A DNA stretch of 64,000 bases from Paecilomyces variotii (taxonomy: Eukaryota): assembly GCA_004022145.1 (NCBI GenBank), contig RCNU01000017.1. One strand, written 5' to 3'. The number at the start of each line of letters is the position of its first letter. Position 1 is the first letter of the stretch. The notes beneath the pieces were generated by a model. That model did no database searches and was not told where the DNA came from. It was given only the letters and a program-made list of their open reading frames with translations. A program made the position numbers and the translations under genes. Of this stretch, positions 23,266 to 39,537 are shown in pieces.

Positions 23266-24807
23266 TTACGCGTTTCCAGCGGTGGCACCACCGAGGATGC
23301 CCTTGAAGCGGTCGACAGACTGAGGAGCGTAGCTAGGAGCCATCGATCCGAAGAGCAGGAAGAAGAAGAGGACGACAGCACCAACGACGATGCCCTTGCG
23401 CTGAGCCGGGTGGTTGGCACCGTACTCGGCCCACGAGCGGTTGGCCTGGCCGGCGTAGTCCTTGATCTTGTCACCACCGAGCTTGTAGTAGACCAGACCC
23501 ATCAAGGCAATCGAGTAACCGAAGAACTGGAGACCAGTGACGGGGGTGTGCCAGAGCATCATAGAGGCGGCGACCAGGAGAATATCCTTGAGGACACCGC
23601 ACAGGGTCATGACCAGAGAAGAAGTCTTGCCAATCTGTAATCCATGTGTTAGCGTAGGCCGATATCACCTCGGGACGACCGAGACTACATACCAGGAAGA
23701 CAACCGACACGTTCAGCATGAACGCAACAACGGCGTTGGCCAGCAGCGTGAAGACACCGACGTTGTACACGTGGTCCATGGTGAGGTTGGGAACCTCGAG
23801 GAACAGAGCAGTGATACCGTTCATGACAGCGCAGACGGGAGCGAAGTAGTACAGGGAAACCAGAGGGTCCATCTTGAACTCCGCAGAGCTCAGCAGACGC
23901 TGAACCATGACCAGACGGACGGCCTCGAAGACGATACCACCGAGCTGGAAGAGGAAGCCGATCAAGACGAACCTGATCTCACCGAACGAGGCGATGATGA
24001 CACCGATGACGATGGCGGAGACGTTCATCAGGACCTTGAGGTTCACGGGAGCAATTCCCATAGCCCAGGTGGCCGAGAGCACAGCGACGGGCATGGTGGC
24101 CTAGTAGTCATGTTAGCCTTGCTGCCGTTCCTTCGACGAGTTGCCGTATTGTTGTTTTGGTTCCCAGCGTACCTTGAGCATCTGAATGAAAGCAACACTC
24201 AGGTAGAGATACGTAACGTTGCCGCAGATCAAACTCAGACTGAAGAAGAGACCGATGGGGACGATGGCACGCAGATAGACACGGCCAGTCATCTTGACGG
24301 TCTTGCGGCCATCGAGCAGGGTGGTGGTGCGGGCGAGAATCTGGGTCATGAAGGTTGCAAATGCCAAGTGCCATGTTGTAAGAATAATCGCTGGAGACAG
24401 GTTAACACGGTGATTTCATCAATGGGTCGGTCGATACGGGAGGTACACATACGGAAACCTATTTTGATCGTTGTTAGCGTCGAGTCTCTCTAACCGTTGC
24501 TCGAGGCAGCTCTGCAAGGAAACTTACGGAAGTGGGCATAGTCCAGGATGTGCTTGTTGAACAGGATAACACTGGAACTCAGAGTAATCCAGGCACTGCA
24601 CCCCAGTCAGATCTCTCATCTCCCCGCTTTCATTTCATTTCATCCACCCCGTTCGGGACACACTCACATCACGTAGAAGGCCGGGTGCAGAGCGGGCTTG
24701 GGAGGCTCCTGCTTGTCCAGGGCCGGGTTGACGGTAGGCAAGGTGGCCTCATTGCGGGAGACCTCTGCGGACGTGCGCAGCTTTTCAGCAGCTTCGGAAG
24801 AACTCAT
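23266..24807 (-). CDS. ugtA: UDP-galactofuranose transporter (TPT-family nucleotide-sugar transporter; UgtA/GlfB)
   Basis: Spliced SSSVILFNK, FRFPIILTTWHLAF, YLSVAFIQMLKATMPVAVL, KMDPLVSLYYFAPVC and GVLKDILL motifs. Divergently adjacent to UDP-galactopyranose mutase, as known in Aspergillus. Confidence 0.9.
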
Positions 24808-27718
24808 CGTGGACGTGATGGAGCGAGCTTGCTCAGCGAGAAACCGTTGAAGATCGAAAGGACGCGGCCGTAAAAGGCTGCTCTGGCCAAACGCTGCGGA
24901 GGCCACGAGGAAGGAAGTGCTGGGAATAAATTACGCACGGTAGGTAAGGTAGGTAGAGGAAGAGGAAGAAGTCGATGAAGAGAGAAGAAAAAAAAAAAAG
25001 GCCGAATTGAGGCAAAGAGCAGAAAAGAAAAAAGTCGTAGTAGTTGGATTGTTGAACGAGCGAAGGTTGGTCAAGACAAAGCAAGGCAAGGCGAAAAAAG
25101 AGAACAAAAGGGCAGTTCGAGGAATCGCTTCCGTTTCACAGGGCCGCGATGACGGGCATGGACGGAAGTCTACCTTATTTTTATCGCAGGGATGGAATGG
25201 GGTGGATCGGAGTTGTGGACGGGTTGCTGGTGCTGGTGTGGATTAGGGGACCGCGAGAAAAAAAAAGGTTATTATTATTATGGTATTGTTGGAGAGCCAA
25301 AAGAGCCAGAGAGAAGCTGATGTGTCGCCCAGGTGTGCTATGGTATCGCGGGCGGGATACAGAGCACCATAAGAGAGTATCTATCTAGTATCTGAGTGGC
25401 GCGCCCAGTGATTTTCCCCATCGCACCGCGAACAGAAGACGATCCAGCAGAAAGGGGGAGGGTCAGAGGGTCCCGGAATGAGGAAAGGCAAGTTGAAACA
25501 CGATGGGTGGCTGCGACGGATCCATCCGGCGGTGGAGTTGTTCCCGGTTCGGGTTGAGCTCGGGGCTGCTCGTTTGATTATTTCTGTGGTTAAAGGATAT
25601 CAGGGAAATTGTACATTAATCCATGGTCTTTTTTGCCGCGAGCAAGTAAGCGTTCCACTCCCCGCGCTTAACAAGCATTGTTATTATTAACTATTATAAT
25701 AATATTATTATAGGTAGTAGGTACATTGTACAGTATATTGCTATCCACCGCTGTTAGCCGCTTGCTACGCGTGTTAAGCTGTTAAGCTTCCCGCTACCAG
25801 CGTCTAGACTCAGGCACGTTATAGAGTCAAGTAACTATGTACTCTTGAGCCCCTTCAAGCCCAGGATGATGAATCTCTCTCAGGGTTCAACTTCAAGTCT
25901 TTTCTACTCTGTCCTACCAACTAATCATAATAACACCATACCATGATTATTATCTGTACCATCCAGGGTGGCAGCGGAGGGGACCTCGACGATCCTACCG
26001 CCGGACTGAGCAAGCTGGCCGCATCCCGCGCTGATCGAAATTACTGCGCACTGCCCATTACGCAAGCTGCCAAGCCTCCACCTACCTGTTTGGAACGGGC
26101 GCCTTCCCAAAGCAGGTTATCGTGCCCTGGCCGGCGGGGAGGGAAGGCGGCGATCTCCAGCCGTCAGTCGTGCATCCGGCGCGCTGGTTCGCCAGACGCC
26201 CGATCAGGGACGGCCCACTCGTACAGGATTCTGTCTAGCTTCCTCCATACCGCGTGGAGTCCCGCCGGTGGTTCTATTACTATGTATTCTATGGTCAAGA
26301 GGATTGCTGGCCTCTCCACGCGTGGAACGTGTCCTTTTGGGCCTGTCAACACGCGCACGAGCGCTACGTCGGAGGCGTACCAGAGGGGGTAGATGAGATG
26401 AGATTTCTGCTCCGATCTGTGGTTCATGGGAAAGCCCCGGTCGGCTAAAATGAAACAGATACGTACCATACTTATAATAATAATAAGAAGATAGAAATGA
26501 AGAAAAAAAAAGGGAGGTTACCCGCGAAAACAAGGTAAACAGGGGGGGAGAGAACCGGGGTGGTGGTGTAGAAAATAATGGTAATCAACCAGCATCAGAC
26601 CTTTTTTTCTTCTTCTTCTTCTCTCTTTTGCCCTTGTGCGAGATGCTTATGGTAGATAGTTACGTCTACGAGCCGCAGATGATTTACCTGTGTGCCACAT
26701 TTGATATCGATGGAGCACATCCAGTCCAACGAGAGCACAACAGACGGTGATTGTCCCTCACCGGACGATCCTCTTCCCCTTTTTTTCTCCCGCAGATGGC
26801 AATCAGTGGAACCGACCTGGGTCACCCCATCCGTCCATGCATCCATCTTTCAGGGTTTTGGATGGCTCTTTTGGGGGAGATGCTCGCAAGACGGATGTTA
26901 TTCCGAGTTGCTGTGTCGATCGACGGATCGGTTGCTCTCCAATTGATTATTGACCATCAAGGACGTATGGTAGAGTAACTACCTTAGGTAGATGATTGTC
27001 TGGACGAGAACGGCCCTAAAGTAACCACCTAGGTGGTAGGAAAGGAAAGTAAGCAGTAGTAACTACATACATACATACTGCATACATACTCTAAATCCGG
27101 CAGCTGAGAGACAATGACATCTGTCACATCCATTCAGCTCGATGGCGGGGGATTTCAAAGCAACCCAAACCGAATATAATAATAATTATAATTAAATAAC
27201 AGACAGGCCGGAAACGAAATAGGGGGGAGTTAGCCGCATCTCCGCCCACTACTTTACTACTCGCCAGCGTTGCACAAACGCAAAGGGCACGAGCGGTGCC
27301 TGCCAAGCCGCTTGCAATGAGCTTCGCGAGCGATAACTACCATAAGTGCCCCGAAGATAGCTGGAATCGGCGCTACCCGTGGCGCACCAAACCAAGATGA
27401 TCCCGAAGGAAGAATGCGTCCAGAAGGCGCTCTCCTGTTGCGGTGTAGACTGGAAATCCGTATCGACCAGTCGTTCGGGCTACGTGGGTGCGCCTGTTGG
27501 CTTAACGCCTTTTTAAACGCAACCCCCTTTCCAGGGGACGCCCGGCAACGCACCGTGCGGACGCACTTGAAACAGCACCATCCCTCCCCACAGCTGCGCA
27601 AGCTGCCCGATCTTCGAGATACCTCCTCCTCTTCGCCTTCTTCTCTCTCCTGCATCTCAAACCAAAAGCTCGTCCTTCCCTTTAAGTGAAGCAGCTTTCC
27701 TGCACCGATCTTTTCTTT

Positions 27719-29670
<1,952 letters not shown>

Positions 29671-31478
29671 ACGATTCAAGAATATAAAACCAAGTGCTAG
29701 GGAGTTCTGTGCACTAGAAAAGGGCGTTTTTATTTATCGAACGAGATAGATGGGAATGGGAGCTGAAACATGCTGGAAGATAATTCATTGCCGGGGGGTG
29801 GTTCCATACCTTTCTGGATCACCGATTTTCTTTTTCTCGGTTACTTTTTTTTTTCATATCCAAAGAATTAAACATTTTTAGACCCGATGATATATTCTTA
29901 CCTGATGCATTTATTTCCTTTCCACCTGTGAACCCCGGAAACATCATTTTCGGTTCTTACATCGTCCTGACTTGTTTGCATTGTCGTGTGTCCCTACTAT
30001 GTCGGAACGAGAGTGAAATGATAATATTTGGCGCAGGCGTCCGCCTCGCTACGATTTACTACTACCTTATCAAATACCTATCCTAGACTATTTTCTTAAC
30101 TCTTGGTCGTTTTAACGACTTAACATTGGCTCGAAACGCTGTCCTCAGGACGCTCGAACACCAGGTGCTGCAGTAATTGATAGATTCTCTCCATCTCCCT
30201 AATCGAAAACAAGTCTATCTATCTACTCTATATTCATCAGAGAATAGAGACAGGTCTCGCAATGCATTATCTAAAATTTTACTCTCGACTTCATCGGCGC
30301 ATGAATTCATACGAAATAACCCTACATACAAGAATCAGCAACAGTCACATTCCGGAATGACGTCTTTACCTGCTCCCCCACCACAGAATAAAATCCCTAC
30401 CTATGTAGTAACCTACTCTACACGCATACGTACCATACAACCATCTGCCAACCTCACATGTTAGATAACCCAACTCTCGAAGGAGCAAATGCAGATGCAA
30501 ATGCAGATGCAAGTTCCTGATCTGCACGTAGATGACGACGCTGTGGCAAGTTCAGAATAGAGTATAGTATATAGTTAGTATCAGCGAAGTGGGTAAAAAG
30601 ATGATAACTAAAGTTAACTTAAACCAAGTACCTACCTACCTATGGAATAGATAAGTAGTTAGTTAACTAGTAGTGGCTTCACTTCTAGATACCTAACCTA
30701 CCAGTCGGAATCAAGATCGGAGTGTCGCATAATAAGTAAGCTTTGTTTTCGCGCATTGTATATTATGTACATACTTACTGTAGTACCTACGTTTCCAGGG
30801 TCAGGTCAGGGTCAGGTTACACCCGTTTGCGGATCTAAAATAATGTGGGTATTTAATATACCAATTCTTTTTCTTTTTCTTTTTCTTTTTTTTTTCTCAC
30901 GGCTATCTTAAGTTACAGGTTTCAGGTTTTTGCCTTCCTGCAAGTGGAGTAAACTCAGTATGGTATGTACCTACCTATGGTATACCTACCATAGTTATGG
31001 TAGATATCGATGGTGGATAAAATAACTGAAAACATCATTGGTCGATGACCTATATACGTGCTCGCGCCACTTTATTTGCATACCCTAAATGAACGCACTT
31101 CAGTACAGTGCTCCGTACGTATCTCCTCGTGCGCAAGCTCAAGCTCATCTGTATAGTGTCGGACAAGGTCGCGACTTCGCTTCGTTTCAGGAAGTGGGGG
31201 GAGAGACATTGGACTAAAGATATCTGAAAAGAACCGGGAGTTTTCTTTTTGAAGGAATGAGTTTGGTATCTATTAATATGAATTCTGACTAGAAACATCA
31301 AAGAATGTGCCAATGAAGTGGGATAGAAGGCCAACCAACCCAGTGCCAACGGGGGGAGGGCGAGGAGAAAGGTTCTGAAAAAAGATAATAATGATACAAA
31401 TAGACCTTTCATCCATGAGGCCAAATCGAGTCTGTCCGATTCAATTGTGCAAACATCCTCGAGAGATAAGAGATGAGC

Positions 31479-31509
<31 letters not shown>

Positions 31510-31634
31510 TTTCTTTTTCTGGTCTTTTTTGAAGCTCGATCGTAGCCATCAGGCAAAGATGCGAAGATGGAATGTTCTTCTTACCCGAGTTGAGCTCGCT
31601 TTTTCATGTAAAATGTACTTCTGTCAATGTCCGC

Positions 31635-34050
31635 CTAGAACTGAAAATCCGGCGGAGTTGGGTGATTGTGGGAGTCGCCGTCATCTTTTGGGCCAAAAAG
31701 ATTCAAGTAGCCTGCCAAGCCAAAGTCGTCGGAATCGTCGTCTTTGTCTATATCTGCAAGCATCTTGTCGATTCTCCGCTGAAAATCCCACGAGGCCTCA
31801 AGAACACTTTGCCAAGTCGCCTCATCCTAGGATCCAAGGCGTCAGTTTACGGCATTACATCGGCAGATAAAGACTTACAACGCTCTCTCTGGTGTATTTT
31901 GGTCCCCTTGCTTCTTCAGCCTTTCTTCTCTTTTCCGCCATTTCCTGGAGCAGCGCGGCCTGCAACTCCGGTTTGGGACTGGCAAGACACCCATTATCGA
32001 ATGCTGGAGAACTGTCTCTTTCGGCGGCTGCACCAGATGACAAGCCACGGAAGGGACTGTCCGATGTGAGAGACTGGCTGTCATGCTGGAAAAATGTGTC
32101 GTGTCTATGGCACGCAGCTACAGCCTGTGGAGGAAGGGCTGCCTGCTTACCCGTAGAAAGCTGAGCAAGTGCCTGTATCCGTTAAAGTCAGAACAAGGAT
32201 CTCAGAAACGCAGACATGATACTTTAACTAACCTCAGCTGCGGCCTTCCGGTCATCGTCTTCATTCTCACTTATGTGTACCTGTGATGGGCCATAAATGG
32301 GGTGATTCGGTGTCTTGCTTTTACCCATCACGTCATTATCCTGTTTGGGATGGTTGGGCGCATTAGAAGCCAGAGCCTGTTCCGCACTTTCTGTGCCATT
32401 TTCGGGATCCAAGAGATGACGAATGGATAGGACACTGTCTTTCTTGGAAGATGCTGCAGAAGTGAACGGTTTATCCGTGAAGGAACTGCCGTACTCAGCT
32501 TTCTCGGACTCAACCTGAAAGGGAGTCTTGATGTTCGACATGCTGATGTCCGAGTCGTCGTCGAGGTTGATGGCGTCGATGACGCTTTGGCCGCGCTTGC
32601 CCATACCGCCCTTCTTGGATGGGGGAGAAGACTGATCAAAAGCTGCATAATTTTCAGTATCGATCGGCCAGTGCTTCTCGGTGCGAGCGCTGGTCGTTAC
32701 AGCATGCCTAGTCGGTCCCTCATCCGTCCTGCAAAAAGGGCCGAAAGAGGGCTGGTAGGAACCGGCTTTGGCTGACGGGGCATCTTTATTTCCCAGTTCT
32801 GTATTCGTTCCCAAGATAGTCCTGTCGTATGCCGTTTGGAAATACGGGAACGCATATAGAGATCCAGGTAAGATAGGGGGTAGGGTCGTATGATGACCCC
32901 CGGCAGTTAATCCAAGCTCAGAATGGGGAGAGCTTGAAGAGATATTGCCCGCGTCAATTGCAGTAGATTCGCCGATGCTGGTTCTGTGACCTCCCACTTC
33001 CTTACCTGGGACGGCAACATAAAATGGATCCTCTAGCCCCTGTCTGAGAGCCAAGTCTTGGTGAGCTGGAGCAGGAAGTGCACTGGTCACACTGGCTTTA
33101 GTGACTGCCTCCTGTCCTCTTTTATTGACCCTTGCAGGAGTAGCTTTTATGAAACATTCATTAGTATCTATGTAGCCTGGATATAGTTAAAGAGAGGCAT
33201 ATATACCAATCTTCATGACGGACGCATCAGTATGCGGAGCGCTAGTTGGTGGCCTAGAAACTTGACCTGGCTCACCAGCAGACACGATCTTTCTGGTTCC
33301 AGGTGCTATAGTGCGAGGAGGGCGTGTCTGACGTGCTGGTCTTTGTGCCCCTGGCACCCTGGGAGGCCGTTTGTCACGAGCCATAGCTGTCAAGTAAGAG
33401 CTTGATCCAACACTGGAGGCTATAAGACGAGTGTAGGGCAGCAGGTTAGGAACAGAAGCAAAGCACTGGGATAGACTAGGATGAATGGACAGAATCTGTT
33501 GGAGAGCCCCTGAGAAGTGACTCTTCTGTCCAATTCTGTCATTGTTGTGTTTTGGAGACCCATAAGTGCGCTGGAGATACAAGCAGTAAGCGAGCAAAGC
33601 GGTGAGAGCTTTGTTATTTCCAGGGAACTGCCGGCCATAATCATCAAAAAGACCAGCTGGAAAGCCTTGGAATGCATTTTCAACATGGAGGGCGGTGTAG
33701 TCCAGAACTGATACTCCATCAAGTTGGGATATACCGGCAGAAGGGGTTTGCGGGATCACACTCCTACCATACGAGGTAGCTTGATATCCCTGGCTCGATT
33801 GTGACCCTCCACTAGACTCACTATCAGGGAGGATATCAGAGGTGGATGCAGCGGCACTTGACGATATGTCTGATTTGTGGTACATCCTTGGAAACTGCGT
33901 ATAATCATCGTCGTCTTCGTCCTCATCATCGGATCCTATATCAAGATTCCCAAAATCAGCAACGAGGCCACGGCGCAGCATAATCCCCTGGAGATGGAAG
34001 TCGATATCGCTGTCCGTCAGTTCTATCCTTGTTGGAGGTAAACGGATCAT
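31635..34050 (-). CDS. Low-complexity hypothetical protein with Cdc26-like N-terminal peptide, multi-exon
   Basis: Starts MIRLPPTRIELTDSDI. ORFs 33187-34050, 32224-33090 and 31855-32043 are linked by GT-AG introns, and the last exon DEATWQSV...PPDFQF* ends at 31635. Internal exon boundaries are approximate. Confidence 0.65.
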
Positions 34051-35217
34051 GGCTGAGCGTCAACAGAAGGCTTGAACTAGATTTTGAGGATGGCAACAGC
34101 CTTGTTTATTCGGAGAGTATGGTGAGTAGCGTCCCCAGTCTCTGGTGATAGTTGCTGATGATATTTTCTAAAGAGAAAATGCTACCCAGGCGTGTTTACA
34201 TGGGACGTGAAATAATAATAATGATACGATACGATACGTGAGTTGTGCCTGCCTAGCACATCCATCTTTGTGAATCACAATGCGGGACTAGTAAGCAAAA
34301 AGATAACGAGCTTGTAAGGAAAGGAAGCCTGAGATGCATAAGGACAGAAGAAATATCATAGGAATTGCTATAATTTATACTGATGTGAAAAATAAACTGG
34401 GTGGTTCATAGTATCAAATGGATATCTAAAAATAAACTCGACAGAAAATGGAATGTAGACTAGGGAAATAGGGTGATCTGAATCGAATATAAGAACGACT
34501 ATGATCGACTATCTACAGCTAAATACGAGCTGAACCGATCTTCTAGCAGCCCCTTAAGTAACTGTCAATCAGCATTCAGGATAGATAGACTGGTATGTTC
34601 GTGCCATCACCATGGCAAAAGGAGCAGCATGCTGTATGACGGAATCCCTCCACAACCCACCACCACAACCAGGAGATAATTTTAAAATTAACAGCCACCA
34701 GAGCAATAATAATTGCCAGCCAGTCCACATGCCTTTTCTCAGCAACAGAGCACCGCCGCCACGATGGAAGGCCGACGTGGTGTTGCCGTCTCCCTAAAGA
34801 ACCTCCCGTGGGCGGGCCGCAGAACGCGCCTAAGCCGAATCCATCGACAACGAACCTCAGCAGCTTCACCTCAACACCATCATCGCCTGTTGAACGCTGA
34901 GCCTTCCCCCCGCCTTCTCCCCTCCTTCGTCCACGCGTCCGTTTGCACTCTGGTCCCTGTCCAACATTGCAGGATTCTCCCTCCCGTCTCTCTTTCTTTT
35001 GGCCATATCATGCATCCGTTGTTCATGCGACCGCCGGAATAGTTCCCATCGGTACTCTATTTGTACCCCGAAACTGCTATCCGCAACGGGTTCCAGGCGC
35101 CACGTTGGCGCCTCTTCTCTGTCACTATCTGCGCGTATCACGACTCCCTTCCAGCCGATCCGCATTGTCCACTGCGTTTGGTACTTCGATACTCGATAGG
35201 GATCGGCCCGGGCCATC

Positions 35218-37787
35218 ATGGATGGGGATCTGAGTCTCTCTCAGTCCCTGGGTGGACTCCGGATCGCGAACCCGGACGATTCGTCTCTACACTCTTCAGA
35301 CGATGCTGTCACGACCGGACTCGACACGCAGGATCCTCTAGAGACTGGTTCATATACGGATACCATCGCTAGCCAACAGCATCACGGTTCCTCTGTCTCA
35401 TTACCCCCGCCGTCCGGCAATATTCAGTCCTCCCCTCCAGCCAATGATGATGCTAGAAGTTATGACCAACGCCTGCAGAACAGGTCGTCCGTTTTCTATA
35501 ATCAGCAAGAATTGCAACAGTACCAGCCATCGCAATATCAAAGTTCGATACCACAACATCCCTCCTCCCAGCCCAGCTCTCGCCCTATGTCTTCCTTTTA
35601 CGCTCAGCCCTCCATCAACGGATCATCGTCTTCAGCAACAGCCCGGGAAGGGTCATATAGGATCCGTACGGATTCAGGTGCTTCGTCGGTATCGGACAAG
35701 CTGGCGCGCGCGGATTCTCGATCCAGCGGAGCAGCGCTCCAAGCGGGAGTCCCTGCGAGAGACAACACCCATAGCGAGAGGTCTTACAAGCAGGCGCAAT
35801 ATCTTTCCGGTAACGGGCCATTGCCCCCGCGGCAGGGCTCAAGGCCTTTCCCTTACAATTCCGGAACCCCACAGGTTTCCAGCTCACCGTATGGACTGGA
35901 AGGCGGTCCGTTGTCCAGCAGCGAAGAATGGCAGGATCGCGGGGCAGCTGTTGGCGTTAGGCAAGAGACTGGCCCGGACGGAAAGCCGGTGACGCGGTAT
36001 ATAAAGAAAGGAGTTCGAGACTTCTCGTTTGGCCAGACTCTAGGGGAAGGCTCTTACAGTACTGTGGTACTGGCGACGGATCGTCAGACATTGAACGAGT
36101 ACGCTATCAAGATCCTCGATAAAAGGCACATCATCAAGGAGAAGAAGGTCAAGTATGTCAATATCGAGAAGGATACGTTGAACCGACTCACGGATCACCC
36201 GGGCATTGTCAGACTATATTATACCTTCCAAGATGAACGATCTCTCTATTTCGTGTTGGATCTCTGCAAGGGTGGGGAACTCCTGGGTGTCCTTAAACGT
36301 ATGTCGACGTTCGATGAAGAATGTACGAGATTCTACGGCGCGCAGATCCTTGATACAGTTGACTACATGCACAAACGCGGCGTCATACATCGCGACTTGA
36401 AGCCGGAGAATATCCTCCTGGATGACCAAATGCACACCAAAGTCACTGACTTCGGTACAGCAAAGATCCTCAAGGGGAAGAGAAGACCAGATGACAGCCA
36501 AAATGGAATGCCCCCAATTGATGCGGGTGACGTCGCAGGAGAAGAACGCGCCAGCTCGTTCGTTGGAACCGCGGAATATGTCAGTCCTGAACTGCTCACA
36601 GACAAGAGCGCCTGCAAGGCAAGTGACCTATGGGCATTTGGCTGTATCATTTTTCAACTCCTGGCTGGTAGACCGCCTTTCAAGGCAGCAAACGAATACT
36701 TGACGTTCCAGAAAATTGTCAATCTGGAATACGAATTTCCGAGCGGATTTCCTGCCGTGGGCCGCGACCTCGTCGAAAGGCTGCTGGTGCTAGACCCGGC
36801 AAGACGACTGCCGATGGAACATATCAAGAACCATGAATTCTTCCGCGGTGTCACTTGGGGCCGTGGGCTGTGGAAACAAAAAGCACCCCGATTGAAGCCA
36901 TATATTCCCCCACCACGAGAGCCCATAAAGCTCAACGGTGGCGGTGATGATGATAGTTTCCCGCCAAGTATTAACACCGCCCCTCCTGCATCACGAGCCT
37001 TGCCCAGGGTGATCACCGAACTTCCTCCACCGACCCAACTCGATATTGAGTGGTCACCAGTTCTAACAAAAAGCAACGAAAGGATACTGAAGTTAGGAAA
37101 CCTCTTCGTCTCTTCATCACCAGCTCCGCACAGTCCTTCATCTAAGAATGGACATGGTGAGAATGATGCGGCGAAGAAGTTCTCCCGTTTCTTTGGTGGG
37201 AGCACAACAAAGAAGCGTCAGCGCTTAGTTATGATCACTACGTCCGCCCGCATCGTTATAGCCGCGGCCGGTGGTGAGGAAAAGAAAGCAAAGGTGGAAA
37301 TATCTCTCTTAGCGCCTGGAACCCACTATCGAAGCACGAATGACTCAAAAGGCTTCTCGTCATGGGTTGTTGATACGGTGAGTCTAGATAGCCCGTCATG
37401 CTAATTTCTTGTTATGGAGACTGACAAATTACATTATAGCGTGAGAAGCATTTCGTCTTCGAAGAGCCGAAACCGTCATCCAGCAGCGTGGCGACTAGCG
37501 CCCTGGCGACTCAGGAGTGGCTCGATACACTCGACCGGGCGAAGGAGATAGCACTTTCGCAACAAGGGGGAGGTGGGTATTCTGGGGATGATGCTTTCCG
37601 CGAGCTGTCGTCGGGACTATCAAGCCATGCAAACACCCTCGACCGAACCTCCGAATTTCAGACAGATGGCGCAGCTCCCACAAGGAACACACTTGTCAAA
37701 CATCAGGGTACCGATTCAGACTCCGTGAAGGGGAAGAAGCGATTTAGCAGGCGTCATTCAAAGAACGGCCTCGCCGCAGTGTTTTGA
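35218..37787 (+). CDS. pkhA: PDK1-type AGC Ser/Thr kinase (Pkh1/Ksg1 orthologue) with C-terminal PH-like region, 835 aa
   Basis: GEGSYSTV, AIKILDKRHIIKEKKVKYV, HRDLKPEN, DFGTAK and RASSFVGTAEYVSPELL. Exons 35218-37377 and 37440-37787. Confidence 0.93.
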
Positions 37788-39537
37788 TTTGGCCCATCTC
37801 CGTTCCGACGCGATTCATCCTACGACGGTCACCTTATATACTGCTTCGGGGCGTCGTTTCCGAAGTTCCGGCGTTCTCATTTCAGCCCCTGCTAAAAGAG
37901 CGCCGATACTGATTCGGTATTCACTTTATAACCGGGAGGCTGCTGGCATTTTGACGTTAGTCCTAGTTGCTTCTCACCATAGTACGGCGTGATTATCAGC
38001 AGAGGTTGGTTGACGGTCTTCTTAATCTTTCTAATCCACTGCATCTGCAAGCTTGGCGAGGCGTTTCCAATTATCCTTCCGTCTCCTTTTCTTTTTGACT
38101 AGTGCTGTTTCGCGGCGATGAAGAAGTTCGTTTATTCAGACGTTGCTGCATTTAGATCGGGAGGAGCCTGTATTTCTCCTTTTTTTCAATTCTGAGGACG
38201 ATATATTCTCTTTTAGTTCTCTTCTTGGGTCGAGCATTGTACTGAGAGCCTCGTCTAGTTTCGTCTTACTGTATGCAAGGGAGCTGGGGCTCGTCCTTTT
38301 TACCCCAGAATGACATGCATGGTTCTGTTTCAGCGCGGTTCTCTTTCTTCTATCCGATCTTTCTGGCCCGACCACTGTTTTTCTTTTCTGATTCCCTTGG
38401 CTTCTTGATATTCCATTTGGCCCTTTTCACTTCCTACCTTCTTAGCCTTTATCTTTTCTTTTCTCTTCATCCTGCCTTGCTTAGCATTCTGAATTCCCAC
38501 TTTGATTGACGTGTTTTCTTGTCCTACTTTCAAACCATCATATCTATCTCCATATAAGCGAGCGACCTTGGGTCCCCTTTGTGTGTCCTTTGATTCTTCT
38601 TATTCTTTTTCTTCTTTACCCTTCTCCTTTCTCTTCTCCACTTACTACAAAAAACGTCCTTGAGAAAGAACGTAGTCTGAAACGTCGTGTCTCCATTCCT
38701 TTCCCTTTGTAAAGTCACATGTGTATCTTCCTCCCCCTCCAACGAAATACAGCGAGGCGAGAGAAATCTAAACCATCCATTGATTGCTGTTGGTTCCTCA
38801 ACAAGAGAATTCCACTACTTTTTTTCGCTTTATAATTCCTCTTTTTCCTATTCCTTGACGTGACATAACTTTTCCTTTTGTGAGTAGACAACAAACAAAA
38901 GAAAGAAAGAAAGAAGAAACTCGAAATCCAATCTAATTTCTTCTCTTGTTGGAGGAATCTCTATTTGGCTTTTTTTTACTTTTCTTTTTTGCTTATTCTT
39001 ATCTTTAAGCGGGTCTTTAATATTAAATTTAATTCTTCATTGCGGAAAATAATTACGGGTTTGGAATGCATGGCGTTCTATTATTTTGGGGGACATCTAT
39101 TTTTTTTGGTTTTGGGTTGTATTTATCATGTGTAGGCTTCTTTTCCTTTCTATTCTATCATTATTGTTAGAGACTCTGGTAGTTTCGCTTTAAGTCTTGT
39201 GCTAGATCTAGAAAAATTCTACTTGAATTTCTTCTAGCATGATGGGTTCGTAAGCGTATCCCTGGAAATGTTTTTTCCCCTCTTCGGTATTATTCACTAA
39301 TGGCATCTAATTATGTAGAATAATAAGTAAGATATGAAATAAGAATTTAAGAATTTCGAGAGCGGGAAAAAAAATATTATGTCGTAATAAAGGGCATCTC
39401 GCATGGAATATAGGGTGGTTGCCAATTATGTACACGAACCGGTTATATCGGGGACGTAATCTCATAAACCGCGTGATATGTGTGTCCTCTGAAAGGGAAG
39501 AATGGCCACTGAAGGGGGCCAAACGGAGGGGTATATA

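Noticed and set aside
23537-24493. Long antisense ORFs over ugtA (and over ugmA at 28170-29679)
   Set aside because: Shadow frames caused by the strong codon bias of the real genes.
25694-25712. AT-only palindrome TATAATAATATTATTATA
   Set aside because: Low-complexity TAA/TTA repeat with no specific evidence of function.
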